Positions 32,765 through 42,652 of a stretch of 64,000 nt of DNA are shown in pieces. Origin of the DNA: an uncultured Acidobacteriota bacterium (GTDB lineage Bacteria; Acidobacteriota; Blastocatellia; RBC074); NCBI GenBank assembly GCA_963796275.1, contig CAWCKY010000006.1, positions 896,001 to 960,000 on the forward strand, written 5' to 3'. The notes beneath the pieces are model-generated. The model saw nothing but the letters and a program-made list of their open reading frames with translations. It searched no databases and had not been told where the DNA came from. The number at the start of each line of letters is the position of its first letter. Within the stretch, counting starts at the first letter, position 1. A program made the translations under genes and the position numbers.

Positions 32765-34762
32765 TTGAAAAGGTTAATTGTGAAACTCCCTGGTTTGTTG
32801 CTATTGCTGTTAGCAGGTTCGCTGCTCGTATTCGCCGACTCCGGTCGTAAGCGACCGATGGAATTTGAAGATCTCGTCGGTCTGAAGCGCGCAAGCGATG
32901 CGCAGATTTCACCTGACGGGCGCCGCGTCGCTTTCGTCCTTACTTCGTGGGACCGTGAAAACGACCGGTTCAATCCTGATATCTGGCTCACCGATGACGC
33001 GCGCCAGCCGCCGATCCAGCTGACCGCGCATGCGAGGCGCGACGATCAACCGAGATGGTCATCCGACGGGCGCCGCATCGCTTTCCTCTCCGAAAGGGCG
33101 AATGACTCCGGTTCGACCGGCGCGCAAATCTTTCTTCTCAACTTACTGGGCGGAGAGCCCGTACAACTTACCTCGCATAAATCGGCGATTCAATATTTCG
33201 AATGGTCCCCGGATAACCGCTATATAGCTTTCATAGCCGAAGAACCGCGTGAAAAGTCGAAAACGAAACTACCGATCATAGTTGACGAAGACCAACGACA
33301 CGCACAGCTCTGGATCGTCGACCTCAAAACGCAGGAGGTCCGGCAATTGAGCAAGGGCAAGCGGCATATAGTCGCGTTCGACTGGTCTTCCGATGGGGCG
33401 CAGATAGTCTTCACCGCTCGCTCGACCTCCGGATTGATAGACGCTCCCACGACCGAGGTATATGTCATTCCGTCCAATTTGAAAGCTTCGCCTTATGACA
33501 CGGCTGGCGCGCGGCAGATCACCAACGGCAACGGCGCCGAGTCGGAGCCGAGGTTTTCTCCCGATGGCCGCTGGCTCTCGTATCTCGCCCGCTCCGAAGG
33601 CGAAACGAGCGCCGGGCCGATGCGCATCCACATCGTATCCGCAACCGGAGGCGAACCGCGAATAATGGGGGAAGAGTTCGACGGTCACATCACCAGCCAC
33701 CGGTGGGTCTCAAACGGCCAGCGGATCATGTTTCTCGCGGGATCGGGCGTGAACTCGCGCATTTACGCGGTGAGCCTGCTCGATCAAAAAACGCAGGCGA
33801 TCACCCGCGATGATGGCGTGACGACCGGTTTTTCGATGACGCCAGATGCGATGAACTTCGCGTTTATTCACGAAAACCCGCGACTGGCGAGCGAGGTCGC
33901 ATATCTCAACTCGCGCATTATGATCCCCATCTTCCTGACGCACCTCAACCCGCAGATCGACGAGTTCAACCTCGGTCAAGTCGAGTCGATCAGGTGGAGA
34001 TCGACCGATGGCACTGAGATAGAAGGGTTGTTCGTATATCCCGTAGGATATCAGACCGGAGAGCGGTATCCGCTCTTGACCTACATACACGGTGGGCCTG
34101 AAGGCGCCTACGTCAAAAGCTTCAACGCCGGCTGGAGCGCCTTCCCGCAGATATACGCCGCGCGGGGTTATGCGGTCTTCATGCCGAATTTTCGCGGTTC
34201 ATCAAATTACGGGACGAGGTTCGCTAATGCGAATACCAAACGAGCAGGCAAAGTCGATTACGAGGACGTCATGAGCGGTATCGACGATCTGATAAAGCGC
34301 GGCATCGCCGATGAGAACAGGCTGGCGGTCGCCGGATGGAGTTACGGCGGATATTTGAGCGCGTGGATCATCGGCCACACAGACAGGTTCAAATGCGCCG
34401 CATACGGCGCCGGTTTGACGAACGCGGTATCGTATTGGGGGACTGCCGACATCGTCGCGCAGCGCGAGCGTCTGCACGGCGGAACTCCGTGGGAAGCGCG
34501 CCAAATGTTTGATGAACAATCGCCGTTGACTTACCTGACCAAGGTCAAGACGCCGACCTTGATATTTCACGGTGAGAAGGACGAGCGCGTTCCCGCGAGC
34601 CAATCACAGGAGACCTATCGCACGCTCAAACGCCTGGGCGTGACGGCGCAGCTTGTTCTTTATCCGGATCAAGGCCACGGCTTGACGATGCCGAGTTATC
34701 AAATTGACAAGATGCGGCGGGAGTTTGCCTGGATTGAAAAATATGTCAACAAAACCCCGTGA
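32765..34762 (+). CDS. S9 family peptidase
   Basis: Signal peptide, propeller repeats, IHGGP, PNFRGS, GWSYGG, HGEKDERVP, YPDQGH. Confidence 0.92.
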   Translation: MKRLIVKLPGLLLLLLAGSLLVFADSGRKRPMEFEDLVGLKRASDAQISPDGRRVAFVLTSWDRENDRFNPDIWLTDDARQPPIQLTAHARRDDQPRWSSDGRRIAFLSERANDSGSTGAQIFLLNLLGGEPVQLTSHKSAIQYFEWSPDNRYIAFIAEEPREKSKTKLPIIVDEDQRHAQLWIVDLKTQEVRQLSKGKRHIVAFDWSSDGAQIVFTARSTSGLIDAPTTEVYVIPSNLKASPYDTAGARQITNGNGAESEPRFSPDGRWLSYLARSEGETSAGPMRIHIVSATGGEPRIMGEEFDGHITSHRWVSNGQRIMFLAGSGVNSRIYAVSLLDQKTQAITRDDGVTTGFSMTPDAMNFAFIHENPRLASEVAYLNSRIMIPIFLTHLNPQIDEFNLGQVESIRWRSTDGTEIEGLFVYPVGYQTGERYPLLTYIHGGPEGAYVKSFNAGWSAFPQIYAARGYAVFMPNFRGSSNYGTRFANANTKRAGKVDYEDVMSGIDDLIKRGIADENRLAVAGWSYGGYLSAWIIGHTDRFKCAAYGAGLTNAVSYWGTADIVAQRERLHGGTPWEARQMFDEQSPLTYLTKVKTPTLIFHGEKDERVPASQSQETYRTLKRLGVTAQLVLYPDQGHGLTMPSYQIDKMRREFAWIEKYVNKTP

Positions 34763-35052
34763 GCGAATTTCACGAGGATGCAAAAAGGCAAAGGTGGGCT
34801 CCCACTGATACCGCAAACCGCGGTTATCGGTCGAGACACCGTAAAAATCCGGTTCTGCATCTTTGGTCAATTGGGCTTTTTGGGTTCCAATTCCCGGCTT
34901 CAAATAAGCGCACAGGTAGAGACCAATAAGCGGCCAAGCCGGCTGCAAATTTTGGCGATCGTGTCGCCCGTCTTGTCGAGTCCGTCTCCGGCAGCTCCAC
35001 CGATACGGACTATTACTTCTTTGTTTGCGATCATAGGCAGAGTGCTCTGAAT

Positions 35053-35118
35053 GTAGGGCAGGTTTGGTAACCCGCTACTTGTGATGAATTATGGGCAAGC
35101 TAGGACAGCCACCCTATC
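35053..35118. repeat. Degenerate GTAG-type REP pair
   Basis: GTAGGGCAGGTTTGGTAACCCGC ... GGCAAGCTAGGACAGCCACCCTATC, a weak inverted pair. Confidence 0.4.
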
Positions 35119-35153
35119 ATTTCACAAGGGAATCCACCCAAACTTCGGCCTAC

Positions 35154-35182
35154 TGGTCAAACTATTCCATCTTGGGTAGAAT
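35154..35182 (+). promoter_or_regulatory. Possible sigma70 promoter for the pfp genes
   Basis: TGGTCA-17 bp-TAGAAT, 46 bp upstream of the start. Confidence 0.45.
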
Positions 35183-35228
35183 TCCTGTTTAGTTCTTCCC
35201 TCGCTCATCAAGTCAGGAGAATCTTTTG

Positions 35229-36461
35229 ATGTCTGCAGAAAAATTGGCAATACTGGTCGGTGGCGGCCCTGCTCCCGGCATCAACTCGGTCATCTCTGCT
35301 GCAACGATCAAAGCGATCAATGAAGGCTTCGAGGTATTAGGAATTCAGGACGGCTTCAAGTGGCTGGTCAGGCGCGATGTTTCACACGTGCGCACGCTCA
35401 GCATCGATGACGTCTCGCGCATACACCTGCGCGGCGGTTCGATCCTCGGCACAGCACGGGAAAATCCGACCAAATCGGAAGAGTCGATGCTAGCCGTCGT
35501 CGATACGCTCAGGTCGCTGGGCGTCACGCGACTCGTCACTATCGGCGGCGACGATACGGCATTGTCTTCGAGCACGGTGGCGGCTCGCTCTGACATCCGG
35601 ACGGTTCACGTGCCGAAGACGATCGATAACGATCTTCCGCTGCCCGCGCATATTCCGACATTCGGGTTTCAGACGGCGCGTCACGTCGGCGTGGAGCTCG
35701 TGCAGAATCTGATGGAGGACGCGCGAGCCACTCGGCGCTGGTACATCATCGTCGCGATGGGCCGGCAGGCGGGGCACCTGGCGCTGGGCATCGGAAAGGC
35801 CGCGGGCGCCACGCTGACGCTGATTCGCGAAGAGTTCGAGCAGGAGACGGTCCCCTTCGCCCGCATCTGTGACATCATCGAAGGCGCGATCATCAAGTTG
35901 CGCGCGCTCGGCCGGCCTTACGGAATAGCGGTCCTCGCGGAGGGGCTGATCGAAAAGCTTGATCCGAACGAGCTGAAGGAACTTCAGGATGTCGAGCTGG
36001 ATGACCACGGCCATATCCGTTTCGCCGAAGTCGATCTGGCGCGGAAAGTGAAGGTCGAGCTCGAAGGACGATTCAAGCAGCGCCATATCCGCATCACGAT
36101 CAGCAATAAAAATATCGGATACGAATTGCGCTGCGTCGACCCGATCCCATTCGATATGGCGTATTGCCGCGAACTCGGCAATGCCGCGATCCGTTTTCTC
36201 GTGAGCGGCGGCAGCGGCGCCATGGTCAGCATCCAGAACGGTAAGTTGGTACCCCTATTGTTCGCCGACATCCGCGATCCCAAGACGGGAAAGACGCGCG
36301 TGCGCAACGTCGATATCAGGGGCGAAAGTTTTCGCGTCGCGCGCGAGTATATGCTGCGGCTGGAAAATACGGATTTTCAAAATCCTCACTGGCTCGATAA
36401 ACTGGCGCATGCGGGTAACATCAAGGTTGATGAATTGAAAAAGAGATTTTTGAGTAGTTGA
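35229..36461 (+). CDS. pfp: Diphosphate--fructose-6-phosphate 1-phosphotransferase (PPi-PFK), copy 1
   Basis: GGGPAPGIN, GGSILGTAR, GGDDT, PKTIDND, MGRQAGH, AEG, GYELRC. GGDD plus PK is the PPi-type signature. Confidence 0.9.
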   Translation: MSAEKLAILVGGGPAPGINSVISAATIKAINEGFEVLGIQDGFKWLVRRDVSHVRTLSIDDVSRIHLRGGSILGTARENPTKSEESMLAVVDTLRSLGVTRLVTIGGDDTALSSSTVAARSDIRTVHVPKTIDNDLPLPAHIPTFGFQTARHVGVELVQNLMEDARATRRWYIIVAMGRQAGHLALGIGKAAGATLTLIREEFEQETVPFARICDIIEGAIIKLRALGRPYGIAVLAEGLIEKLDPNELKELQDVELDDHGHIRFAEVDLARKVKVELEGRFKQRHIRITISNKNIGYELRCVDPIPFDMAYCRELGNAAIRFLVSGGSGAMVSIQNGKLVPLLFADIRDPKTGKTRVRNVDIRGESFRVAREYMLRLENTDFQNPHWLDKLAHAGNIKVDELKKRFLSS

Positions 36462-36570
36462 TATACGTGATAGGTGATAATTGATAGTTGATAGTTCGTA
36501 TAAATTGTTGCCACAGCGTTTACGAACTAACAACTAACAACTAACAACTAACAACTATAATTATCAATTA
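36457..36570. repeat. Inverted heptamer-array element (TTGATAG / AACTAAC) with conserved core
   Basis: TTGATAG-type units, core TTCGTATAAATTGTTGCCACAGCGTTTACGAA (36495-36526), then AACTAAC x4. Confidence 0.85.
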
Positions 36571-36578
36571 AATGAATT

Positions 36579-37826
36579 ATGGCTATTAAAAGACTCGGCA
36601 TTTTGGTCGGCGGCGGTCCCGCACCCGGAGTAAATGACGTCATTGCCGCAATCGCGCTGAAGGCGCACGATAACGGTTGCACGCCGATAGGTTTTCACGA
36701 TGGATTCGAGTGGTTGGCGGACCGCTACACCGACGAACAGCATGAGCTGACGGTTGATGAGGTATCCCGCATTCACCTTGACGGCGGCTGCATACTCGGT
36801 ACATCGCGGACGGATATCACGCGCAACCCGCAGAGATTGGAGAATGCGGTTGCGGCGCTCAAGAAACTCGAGATCGAGGCGCTGGTTACCATCGGAGGTG
36901 ACGATCTCGTCGCCAGTTCGCGCGCGATCGAGCAGAGCTCGGAAGGCGCCATCAAGGTTGTGCAGATACCCAAGAGCATAGACAACGATCTGCTATTGCC
37001 CGGGCCGACCACGACGCTCGGGTACGAAACGGCGCGGCATGTCGGGGTGGCTATTGTAAAAAGCCTCATGGAAGATGCGAAGACCACGGGACGCTGGTAT
37101 ATCGGGGTGACCATGGGGCGACCGACCGGCCATCTAACGTTGGGCATCGGCGCGGCGGCCAGTGCAACCTGCACCATTATTCCGGAAGAGTTTCCGCAAG
37201 ACAGAATATGTCTCGCCGACATTTGCGATATCGTCGAAGGCTCGATCATCAAGCGCCGCGCGATGGGCAAAGGTTACGGCGTAGTGCTTTTGTCCGAAGC
37301 GTTATCGGAGCATTTCAGCCCTGAAGAGGTGACCGAGTTGCAGACTGTCGATCGCGATGCGCAGGGACAGATTCGCGTAGCCGAGATCGATCTCGGCCGA
37401 AAGGTGAAGAGCGAAGTGCAAACGAGGCTCGAGAAGCGCGCGATTAAGATTACGCTCGTCGACAAGACTATCGGATACGAACTGCGCTGCGCGCCTCCGA
37501 TCCCTTACGATGCGGAGCACGCGCGCGACCTCGGTTATGTAGCGGTGAGTTACTTGCAAGCCGGTGGCTCCGGAGCGATGATCACAATGCAAGACGGGGA
37601 GTTCACACCGGTTCTTTTTAATGATGTGATCGATAACAATACCGGGCGAGGCCGGCAGCGGCCGGTTGATATTACAACCGAAAGCTATCAGGTGGCTCGC
37701 GACTACATGGTTCGCCTCAATGCGAAAGATTTTGGGGAAGCGGGCTGGGTCGAGGAATTGGCGAAAGCGGCAGGATTGAGCGTTTCGGAGTTTAAAACGC
37801 GATTCGCCAAACTTGGCCAACCATAA
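36579..37826 (+). CDS. pfp: PPi-type phosphofructokinase paralogue, copy 2 (divergent)
   Basis: GGGPAPGVND, GGCILGTSR, GGDDL, PKSIDND, MGRPTGH, SEA, GYELRC. Confidence 0.85.
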   Translation: MAIKRLGILVGGGPAPGVNDVIAAIALKAHDNGCTPIGFHDGFEWLADRYTDEQHELTVDEVSRIHLDGGCILGTSRTDITRNPQRLENAVAALKKLEIEALVTIGGDDLVASSRAIEQSSEGAIKVVQIPKSIDNDLLLPGPTTTLGYETARHVGVAIVKSLMEDAKTTGRWYIGVTMGRPTGHLTLGIGAAASATCTIIPEEFPQDRICLADICDIVEGSIIKRRAMGKGYGVVLLSEALSEHFSPEEVTELQTVDRDAQGQIRVAEIDLGRKVKSEVQTRLEKRAIKITLVDKTIGYELRCAPPIPYDAEHARDLGYVAVSYLQAGGSGAMITMQDGEFTPVLFNDVIDNNTGRGRQRPVDITTESYQVARDYMVRLNAKDFGEAGWVEELAKAAGLSVSEFKTRFAKLGQP

Positions 37827-37849
37827 AAATAACATAAAGGAGTGAATAA

Positions 37850-38419
37850 TTGAAAAAAAGCACCATTATATCGATGCTTGGCGTGCTGGCGAGCTTCGTG
37901 ATTCTCGCTGGCTTGACTTTCGGTCCACGCACATCTGGTAAGGCAATAGTCGAGGCGCAGGGTTCCTCGCCCAACAAAGCCATCGCTGTGCTCTATCCGA
38001 CCGAGGGGAACAAAGTTCGCGGCTGGGTCACTTTCACCAGAGATGGTGACAAGGTCAAAGTCGTCGCTGAGATCGATGGGCTTACGCCCGGCAAACACGG
38101 CTTCCATATCCATGAATTCGGTGATTGCAGCTCGAAAGACGGCGGCGCGGCGGGCGGGCATTTCAATCCTGCCGGAAAATCGCACGGCGCACCGACTGAC
38201 GCGAACCGTCACGAAGGAGACCTCGGCAATATCGAAGCCGGTCAAGACGGCAAGGCGCGCGTTGACCTCTCTGACTCTGCGTTGCAACTCGATGGGGCCG
38301 GCTCGATCATCGGTCGTGGTGTGATAGTCCATTCGAATGCCGATGATTTGAAGACACAGCCGACGGGGAACGCCGGTGGACGCCAGGCTTGCGGAGTCAT
38401 CGGTGCGGCCAAACCGTGA
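37850..38419 (+). CDS. sodC: Periplasmic Cu/Zn superoxide dismutase
   Basis: HGFHIHEFGDC, AGGHFNP, RHEGDLGN, GRGVIVH...DD, GNAGGR.ACGVI; signal peptide; TTG start after AAGGAG. Confidence 0.95.
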   Translation: MKKSTIISMLGVLASFVILAGLTFGPRTSGKAIVEAQGSSPNKAIAVLYPTEGNKVRGWVTFTRDGDKVKVVAEIDGLTPGKHGFHIHEFGDCSSKDGGAAGGHFNPAGKSHGAPTDANRHEGDLGNIEAGQDGKARVDLSDSALQLDGAGSIIGRGVIVHSNADDLKTQPTGNAGGRQACGVIGAAKP

Positions 38420-38420
38420 A

Positions 38421-38526
38421 AATAATGGATGATGAGATAATTGATAATTGATAATTGATAATTTCGTAGACACTGTGGCAACAATATAAACACATTATCA
38501 ATTATCGATTATCCATTATCCATTCC
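38421..38526. repeat. Inverted heptamer-array element (ATAATTG / ATTATCC) with the same core, reversed
   Basis: GATAATT x4, core TTCGTAGACACTGTGGCAACAATATAAAC (38463-38491), then ATTATC(A/C/G) units. Confidence 0.85.
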
Positions 38527-38553
38527 AATTGCCGATTTCCAGGGAGTTTATAA

Positions 38554-40269
38554 ATGAGACCTCTCCTACGCATCGGTCTTTTTCTCTCGTTCCTTAGCCC
38601 ACTAGTATTCGCACAGGCCACAAACCACAGCCCACGAAATTCTTCGATCAGCGGACGTGTTACTGTCAGCAACAGTCCGGCGGCCAACGTCAAAGTGTCG
38701 GCCTTGGAAATTAAAGGCGATGACGGATCGAACGGTTTTTCCGTGGCGGGACTGAGTCCGGTTGAAAGACAAAGCTCCACAGCCACAACGGATGCCGAGG
38801 GGCGCTATCGCATCACCGGGTTGCCGGATGGGAGATTCACGGTGAGGGTTGACTCGGCCACTTTTGTGCCCGACGGAGAGGGAGGCGGAAAATCGCGTAC
38901 GGTCGTCGTGGATGACAATGAAGAGGCGAAAAATATCGACTTCTCTCTTATTCGAGGCGGCGTAATCACGGGACGCGTCACCGATTCCCAGGGCAGACCA
39001 GTTATAGCCAGACAGGTGAGGTTGCAAAAAATCAACGAACAGGGCCAGAAGCGGGATTACAACGGGCAGTTCGGTTTTGACAACTCGACCGACGATCGCG
39101 GAGTTTATCGCCTCTATGGTTTACCTCCTGGTCTTTACATTGTCAGCTCGGGCTCTTCGTTATGGGGGAATACGGGCCGCAAATTCCCGACCACATACCA
39201 TCCCGGGGTATTGAGCGAAGATCAGGCTGCGATCATCGATGTTAGAGAGGGTAGCGAGATGACCGGCGTAGACATAGCTATGGCCAGCGAATCCGCGGGG
39301 TACGAAGCTCTGGGCCGGGTGATAGACTCCGAGTCGGGGACCCCGATACCGCAAGCGTCATTGATGTGTTTCGGCATCGGAGAAGAGGGCAAAGGCGGTG
39401 TCACAGGTTTCAACGGTAATGCCAAGACCGATGCCCAGGGGAACTTCAGGTTCGCCGGCCTGCCTGCCGGTCGTTACTCGCTTGCGCTCTCTCCCGATAT
39501 GGATTTCCTGACCGGTGGAATTGAATATTACATTGATGAAACTACTTTCGAGGTCGCCAACGGCAATGCAGCCGGTATAGAAGTTCGGGCTAAGCGGGGA
39601 GGGTCCATCACTGGCGTTGTGGTGGCGGACAACAACACCGCTCCCGCGCTGCGAAATAAGCTCGGTCAAATGGTGCTCTCCGCCTCCGTCTCCAGAAAAG
39701 AAGGCCAGACATCCGCGTTAAATCTCTTCTCGGGCCAAAGAACTGCCAAAATAGGCGGTGATGGTAAGTTCCGCATTTCGGGGCTATCGGCGGGAGAAGT
39801 GGAGTTCGGATTCTTTACTCTGACCGGTGGCAATCCTACCGTAGCACGCGTTGAACGGGACGGCGGCGAAATTCGCGGTAAGCTCGAGATAAGACCGGGA
39901 GAGGCGATCACTGGAGTACGAATTGTAGTTGCCTACGGCACAGGGATAATTCGCGGACAAGTAAATTTCGATGGCGAAAATTTACCGGAGGGATTGCGGA
40001 TTATCGCCACCGCCAATCGGACGGGTGGCGCCCGTGATGGCGGTGGTAGCGAACAGGCCGAGGTCGATAATAAAGGTCGCTTCATAATCCAGGGCCTGGT
40101 CGATGGTGAATATGAAGTGGTGGTTCGGGCGATGGGCAACACGGTGGCTACGCCGGACGCTCTGTATAATTCCGGTTCGTCCCAGGCCAGCCCGAGCGCA
40201 ACTGAGCGTGTGAGAATATCCGGCGGGGGCGAAACACAGGTGACGATCAAACTGAATATTGGTAAATGA
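38554..40269 (+). CDS. Exported protein with multiple carboxypeptidase-regulatory-like (CnaB/SdrD-B type) domains
   Basis: Signal peptide, repeated ISGRV / TD..G.Y.I.GL..G.Y, GGVITGRVTD, TDDRGVYRLYGL.PG, TYHPG. Confidence 0.8.
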   Translation: MRPLLRIGLFLSFLSPLVFAQATNHSPRNSSISGRVTVSNSPAANVKVSALEIKGDDGSNGFSVAGLSPVERQSSTATTDAEGRYRITGLPDGRFTVRVDSATFVPDGEGGGKSRTVVVDDNEEAKNIDFSLIRGGVITGRVTDSQGRPVIARQVRLQKINEQGQKRDYNGQFGFDNSTDDRGVYRLYGLPPGLYIVSSGSSLWGNTGRKFPTTYHPGVLSEDQAAIIDVREGSEMTGVDIAMASESAGYEALGRVIDSESGTPIPQASLMCFGIGEEGKGGVTGFNGNAKTDAQGNFRFAGLPAGRYSLALSPDMDFLTGGIEYYIDETTFEVANGNAAGIEVRAKRGGSITGVVVADNNTAPALRNKLGQMVLSASVSRKEGQTSALNLFSGQRTAKIGGDGKFRISGLSAGEVEFGFFTLTGGNPTVARVERDGGEIRGKLEIRPGEAITGVRIVVAYGTGIIRGQVNFDGENLPEGLRIIATANRTGGARDGGGSEQAEVDNKGRFIIQGLVDGEYEVVVRAMGNTVATPDALYNSGSSQASPSATERVRISGGGETQVTIKLNIGK

Positions 40270-40346
40270 GGATCGGAAGGATCAATTTAATGATTCAGTT
40301 GGTGAAACGGGCAACTGAAAACTAACTATTTCCGGTAGCAGTGACA

Positions 40347-42113
40347 ATGCGACAATCAATAATTTTGCCGGCCATTTTTCTGTTGATCTCCACAGTAACG
40401 ACCGTCTTCCCGCAACCATCGGCGACTTTGTCAAGACGATCAGGTGTAATCATTGGCCGCGTCCTGACCGATGACGGACAGCCCGCCGCGGATGCTCAGA
40501 TTATCGCGTTCCCAGCCGGCGGAAAAATAGGCGATCATCTGCAGACGACTTGCGATGAAGAAGGCAATTTCAAACTCACTTCATTGCGATCCGGAGCATA
40601 CTCGATCCAGGCTTCTTCACCGGGTTATACCACGCCGCAGATTTCAACCGACGCGCGCGTTTATCGGGCCGGCGAGAACGTCCTCATCAGTATGGTCAAA
40701 GGCGGTGTGATAACCGGCCGCATCACGGATGCGCAGGGCGAACCGGTAGTCGGCGTGACCGTCCAAGCGCAAAAAATCCGTGATCTCGAGGGCCGACGCG
40801 GATCGCCGTTCTCCAATAACCCCACGGATATCTTCGGCCGGCGTACAGATGATCGCGGGATATATCGCATTTACGGGCTTGAACCCGGCGTTTATCTGGT
40901 CAAGGCCTCCGGCAGCACATCCGCATTCTTTCAGGCGCTCGAAGGAATGGGCACGACGACGCGTGAAACGCCCACCTACTATCCTTCTTCAACTTTTGAT
41001 GCAGCAGTCGAAGTCACGGTCAGAAATGGGGAAGAGCTGACCGGCATCGACATTCGCCATCGCAGTGAGCGGGGTTACGCGGTCAGCGGGACGCTTGTGG
41101 GCGAACTTGAAACCGACAACCTGTTCAACGCCGTCGCGATCGGATTACGAAATCCCGCCAATGGAAATCTGGAGGCGATGTCGGCAGGGCTCGCATCGGG
41201 AAAATTTTCAATCTTCGGCGTGCCGAATGGTGAGTACGAGGTTATCGCGTTTCGCAGCAATGAGAGTAATGATCGGAGCTCATCCGTTCCTCGCCGCGTG
41301 ACGGTGAGGGGAGCTGATGTTGGCGGAATCGAATTGAGATTGCTCAAACTCGGCTCCATCGGTGGACGAGTCATTATCGAGACGGCCGGGGCGATCGAGG
41401 GATGCGCCAAAGAAGAGCCGGCAATTCCCGAGGATATCTCGCTCCGGGCGCAGCGAAGCGAAAAGGGGCAGACCACGACGATACTCGCGGAATTCTCCAT
41501 GGGGTTAGGTGGGGCAATAGATTTAAGTGTGCCGAATGACAAGGGCGAATTCGTTTTGAGGAATCTTGATGCGGGACGGCATCGCATTATCGCCGACCTG
41601 CCTGGTGAAAACTACTACGTTCGCTCGGTCACACAGGCGACCGCTTCGCAGGCGCGGCGAGCGGCGAATGCGACCATGGACCTGACGCGCAACGGCATCT
41701 TACTCAAGCAAGGCGATTCGATCAGCAATGTAAAGATAGTCATCGCGCCGGGAGCCGCAAGTCTCCGGGGCCGCGTCGTTTCCGGTAAAGAGTCGCAAGC
41801 GAATGCGCCCGCGAGACCCAGAATGCGCGTACATTTGATCCCGGCGGAGCCTACGGCGGCCGAAGACGTACAGCGTTATTACGAAGCCGCATTGCGCGCC
41901 GATAACTCATTCGACTTTAAACATCTGGCGCCTGGCAAGTACCTATTGCTTGCGCGCCCGGTGGCGGAGAACGAGCCGGCCGACGTGCCAGATCGCCAGG
42001 TGGCGTGGGATGCGGCAGAGCGTGACAAGCTGCGGCGCGAAGCCGAGGGATTGAAGAATGAGATCGAACTAAAACCCTGCGGGCAAGTGAATAATTACGA
42101 GCTGCGTTTTTAA
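40347..42113 (+). CDS. Exported protein with multiple carboxypeptidase-regulatory-like domains (paralogue of the previous gene)
   Basis: Signal peptide, GGVITGRITD, TDDRGIYRIYGL.PG.Y, PTYYP, LAPGKY. Confidence 0.8.
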   Translation: MRQSIILPAIFLLISTVTTVFPQPSATLSRRSGVIIGRVLTDDGQPAADAQIIAFPAGGKIGDHLQTTCDEEGNFKLTSLRSGAYSIQASSPGYTTPQISTDARVYRAGENVLISMVKGGVITGRITDAQGEPVVGVTVQAQKIRDLEGRRGSPFSNNPTDIFGRRTDDRGIYRIYGLEPGVYLVKASGSTSAFFQALEGMGTTTRETPTYYPSSTFDAAVEVTVRNGEELTGIDIRHRSERGYAVSGTLVGELETDNLFNAVAIGLRNPANGNLEAMSAGLASGKFSIFGVPNGEYEVIAFRSNESNDRSSSVPRRVTVRGADVGGIELRLLKLGSIGGRVIIETAGAIEGCAKEEPAIPEDISLRAQRSEKGQTTTILAEFSMGLGGAIDLSVPNDKGEFVLRNLDAGRHRIIADLPGENYYVRSVTQATASQARRAANATMDLTRNGILLKQGDSISNVKIVIAPGAASLRGRVVSGKESQANAPARPRMRVHLIPAEPTAAEDVQRYYEAALRADNSFDFKHLAPGKYLLLARPVAENEPADVPDRQVAWDAAERDKLRREAEGLKNEIELKPCGQVNNYELRF

Positions 42114-42148
42114 TCAGATTTTGCCATGGTACTCGCCTCTGTGGCCAA

Positions 42149-42634
42149 TCACTCAACTTTCGTAAAGACTCGCTTGGATTCGTACGACATTTTCTGGTCG
42201 TCGATAAAGTAATCCACCGTCAGGCTTTTTCCATCGGTAGCGAGCGTCCATTTGCGTGTTATCTGATTGACGGGTTTACCGTCAACGCTAATTTCATCGA
42301 CAATCAGTATTCCCTGACCGTTTGGAAGCCACGAGGCTTTGCGTTTGCCTTTCGCGTTCGGCGGAGCCGGTGGCGTGAAATCAGCCTCTTTGCCATCGAG
42401 CATGTAGGTCTCGTTAACGTTCTGCTCGCCACCCCTGGTAGTCTTCAGGTGCGCCTCCATCTTAATCTGGTCGCCGTTCTGCATGATGGTCATCGTCTGT
42501 TCCAGACCCGCCGGATTGCTGAAGCTCTTATTCTTGTCGAGCGCCCATTTGCCACCGAAATTCGGTTTGGTTGCGGAGAAGCAGATGACGGAAACTAATA
42601 GCGCAGTGGGAATAATCGCAAGATTGAATCTCAT
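42149..42634 (-). CDS. Exported hypothetical protein (lipocalin-like beta-barrel)
   Basis: Signal peptide, KPNFGGKWALDK.KS, Y.LDG.E, WTL..DGK.LTV, VF.K; GAGG RBS. Confidence 0.7.
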   Translation of the reverse strand: MRFNLAIIPTALLVSVICFSATKPNFGGKWALDKNKSFSNPAGLEQTMTIMQNGDQIKMEAHLKTTRGGEQNVNETYMLDGKEADFTPPAPPNAKGKRKASWLPNGQGILIVDEISVDGKPVNQITRKWTLATDGKSLTVDYFIDDQKMSYESKRVFTKVE

Positions 42635-42652
42635 ATTCGGCACCTCGTCGGA

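Noticed and set aside
36457-36570. Repeat arrays considered as CRISPR
   Set aside because: Units are 7 bp, tandem and spacer-less; no cas genes in the window.
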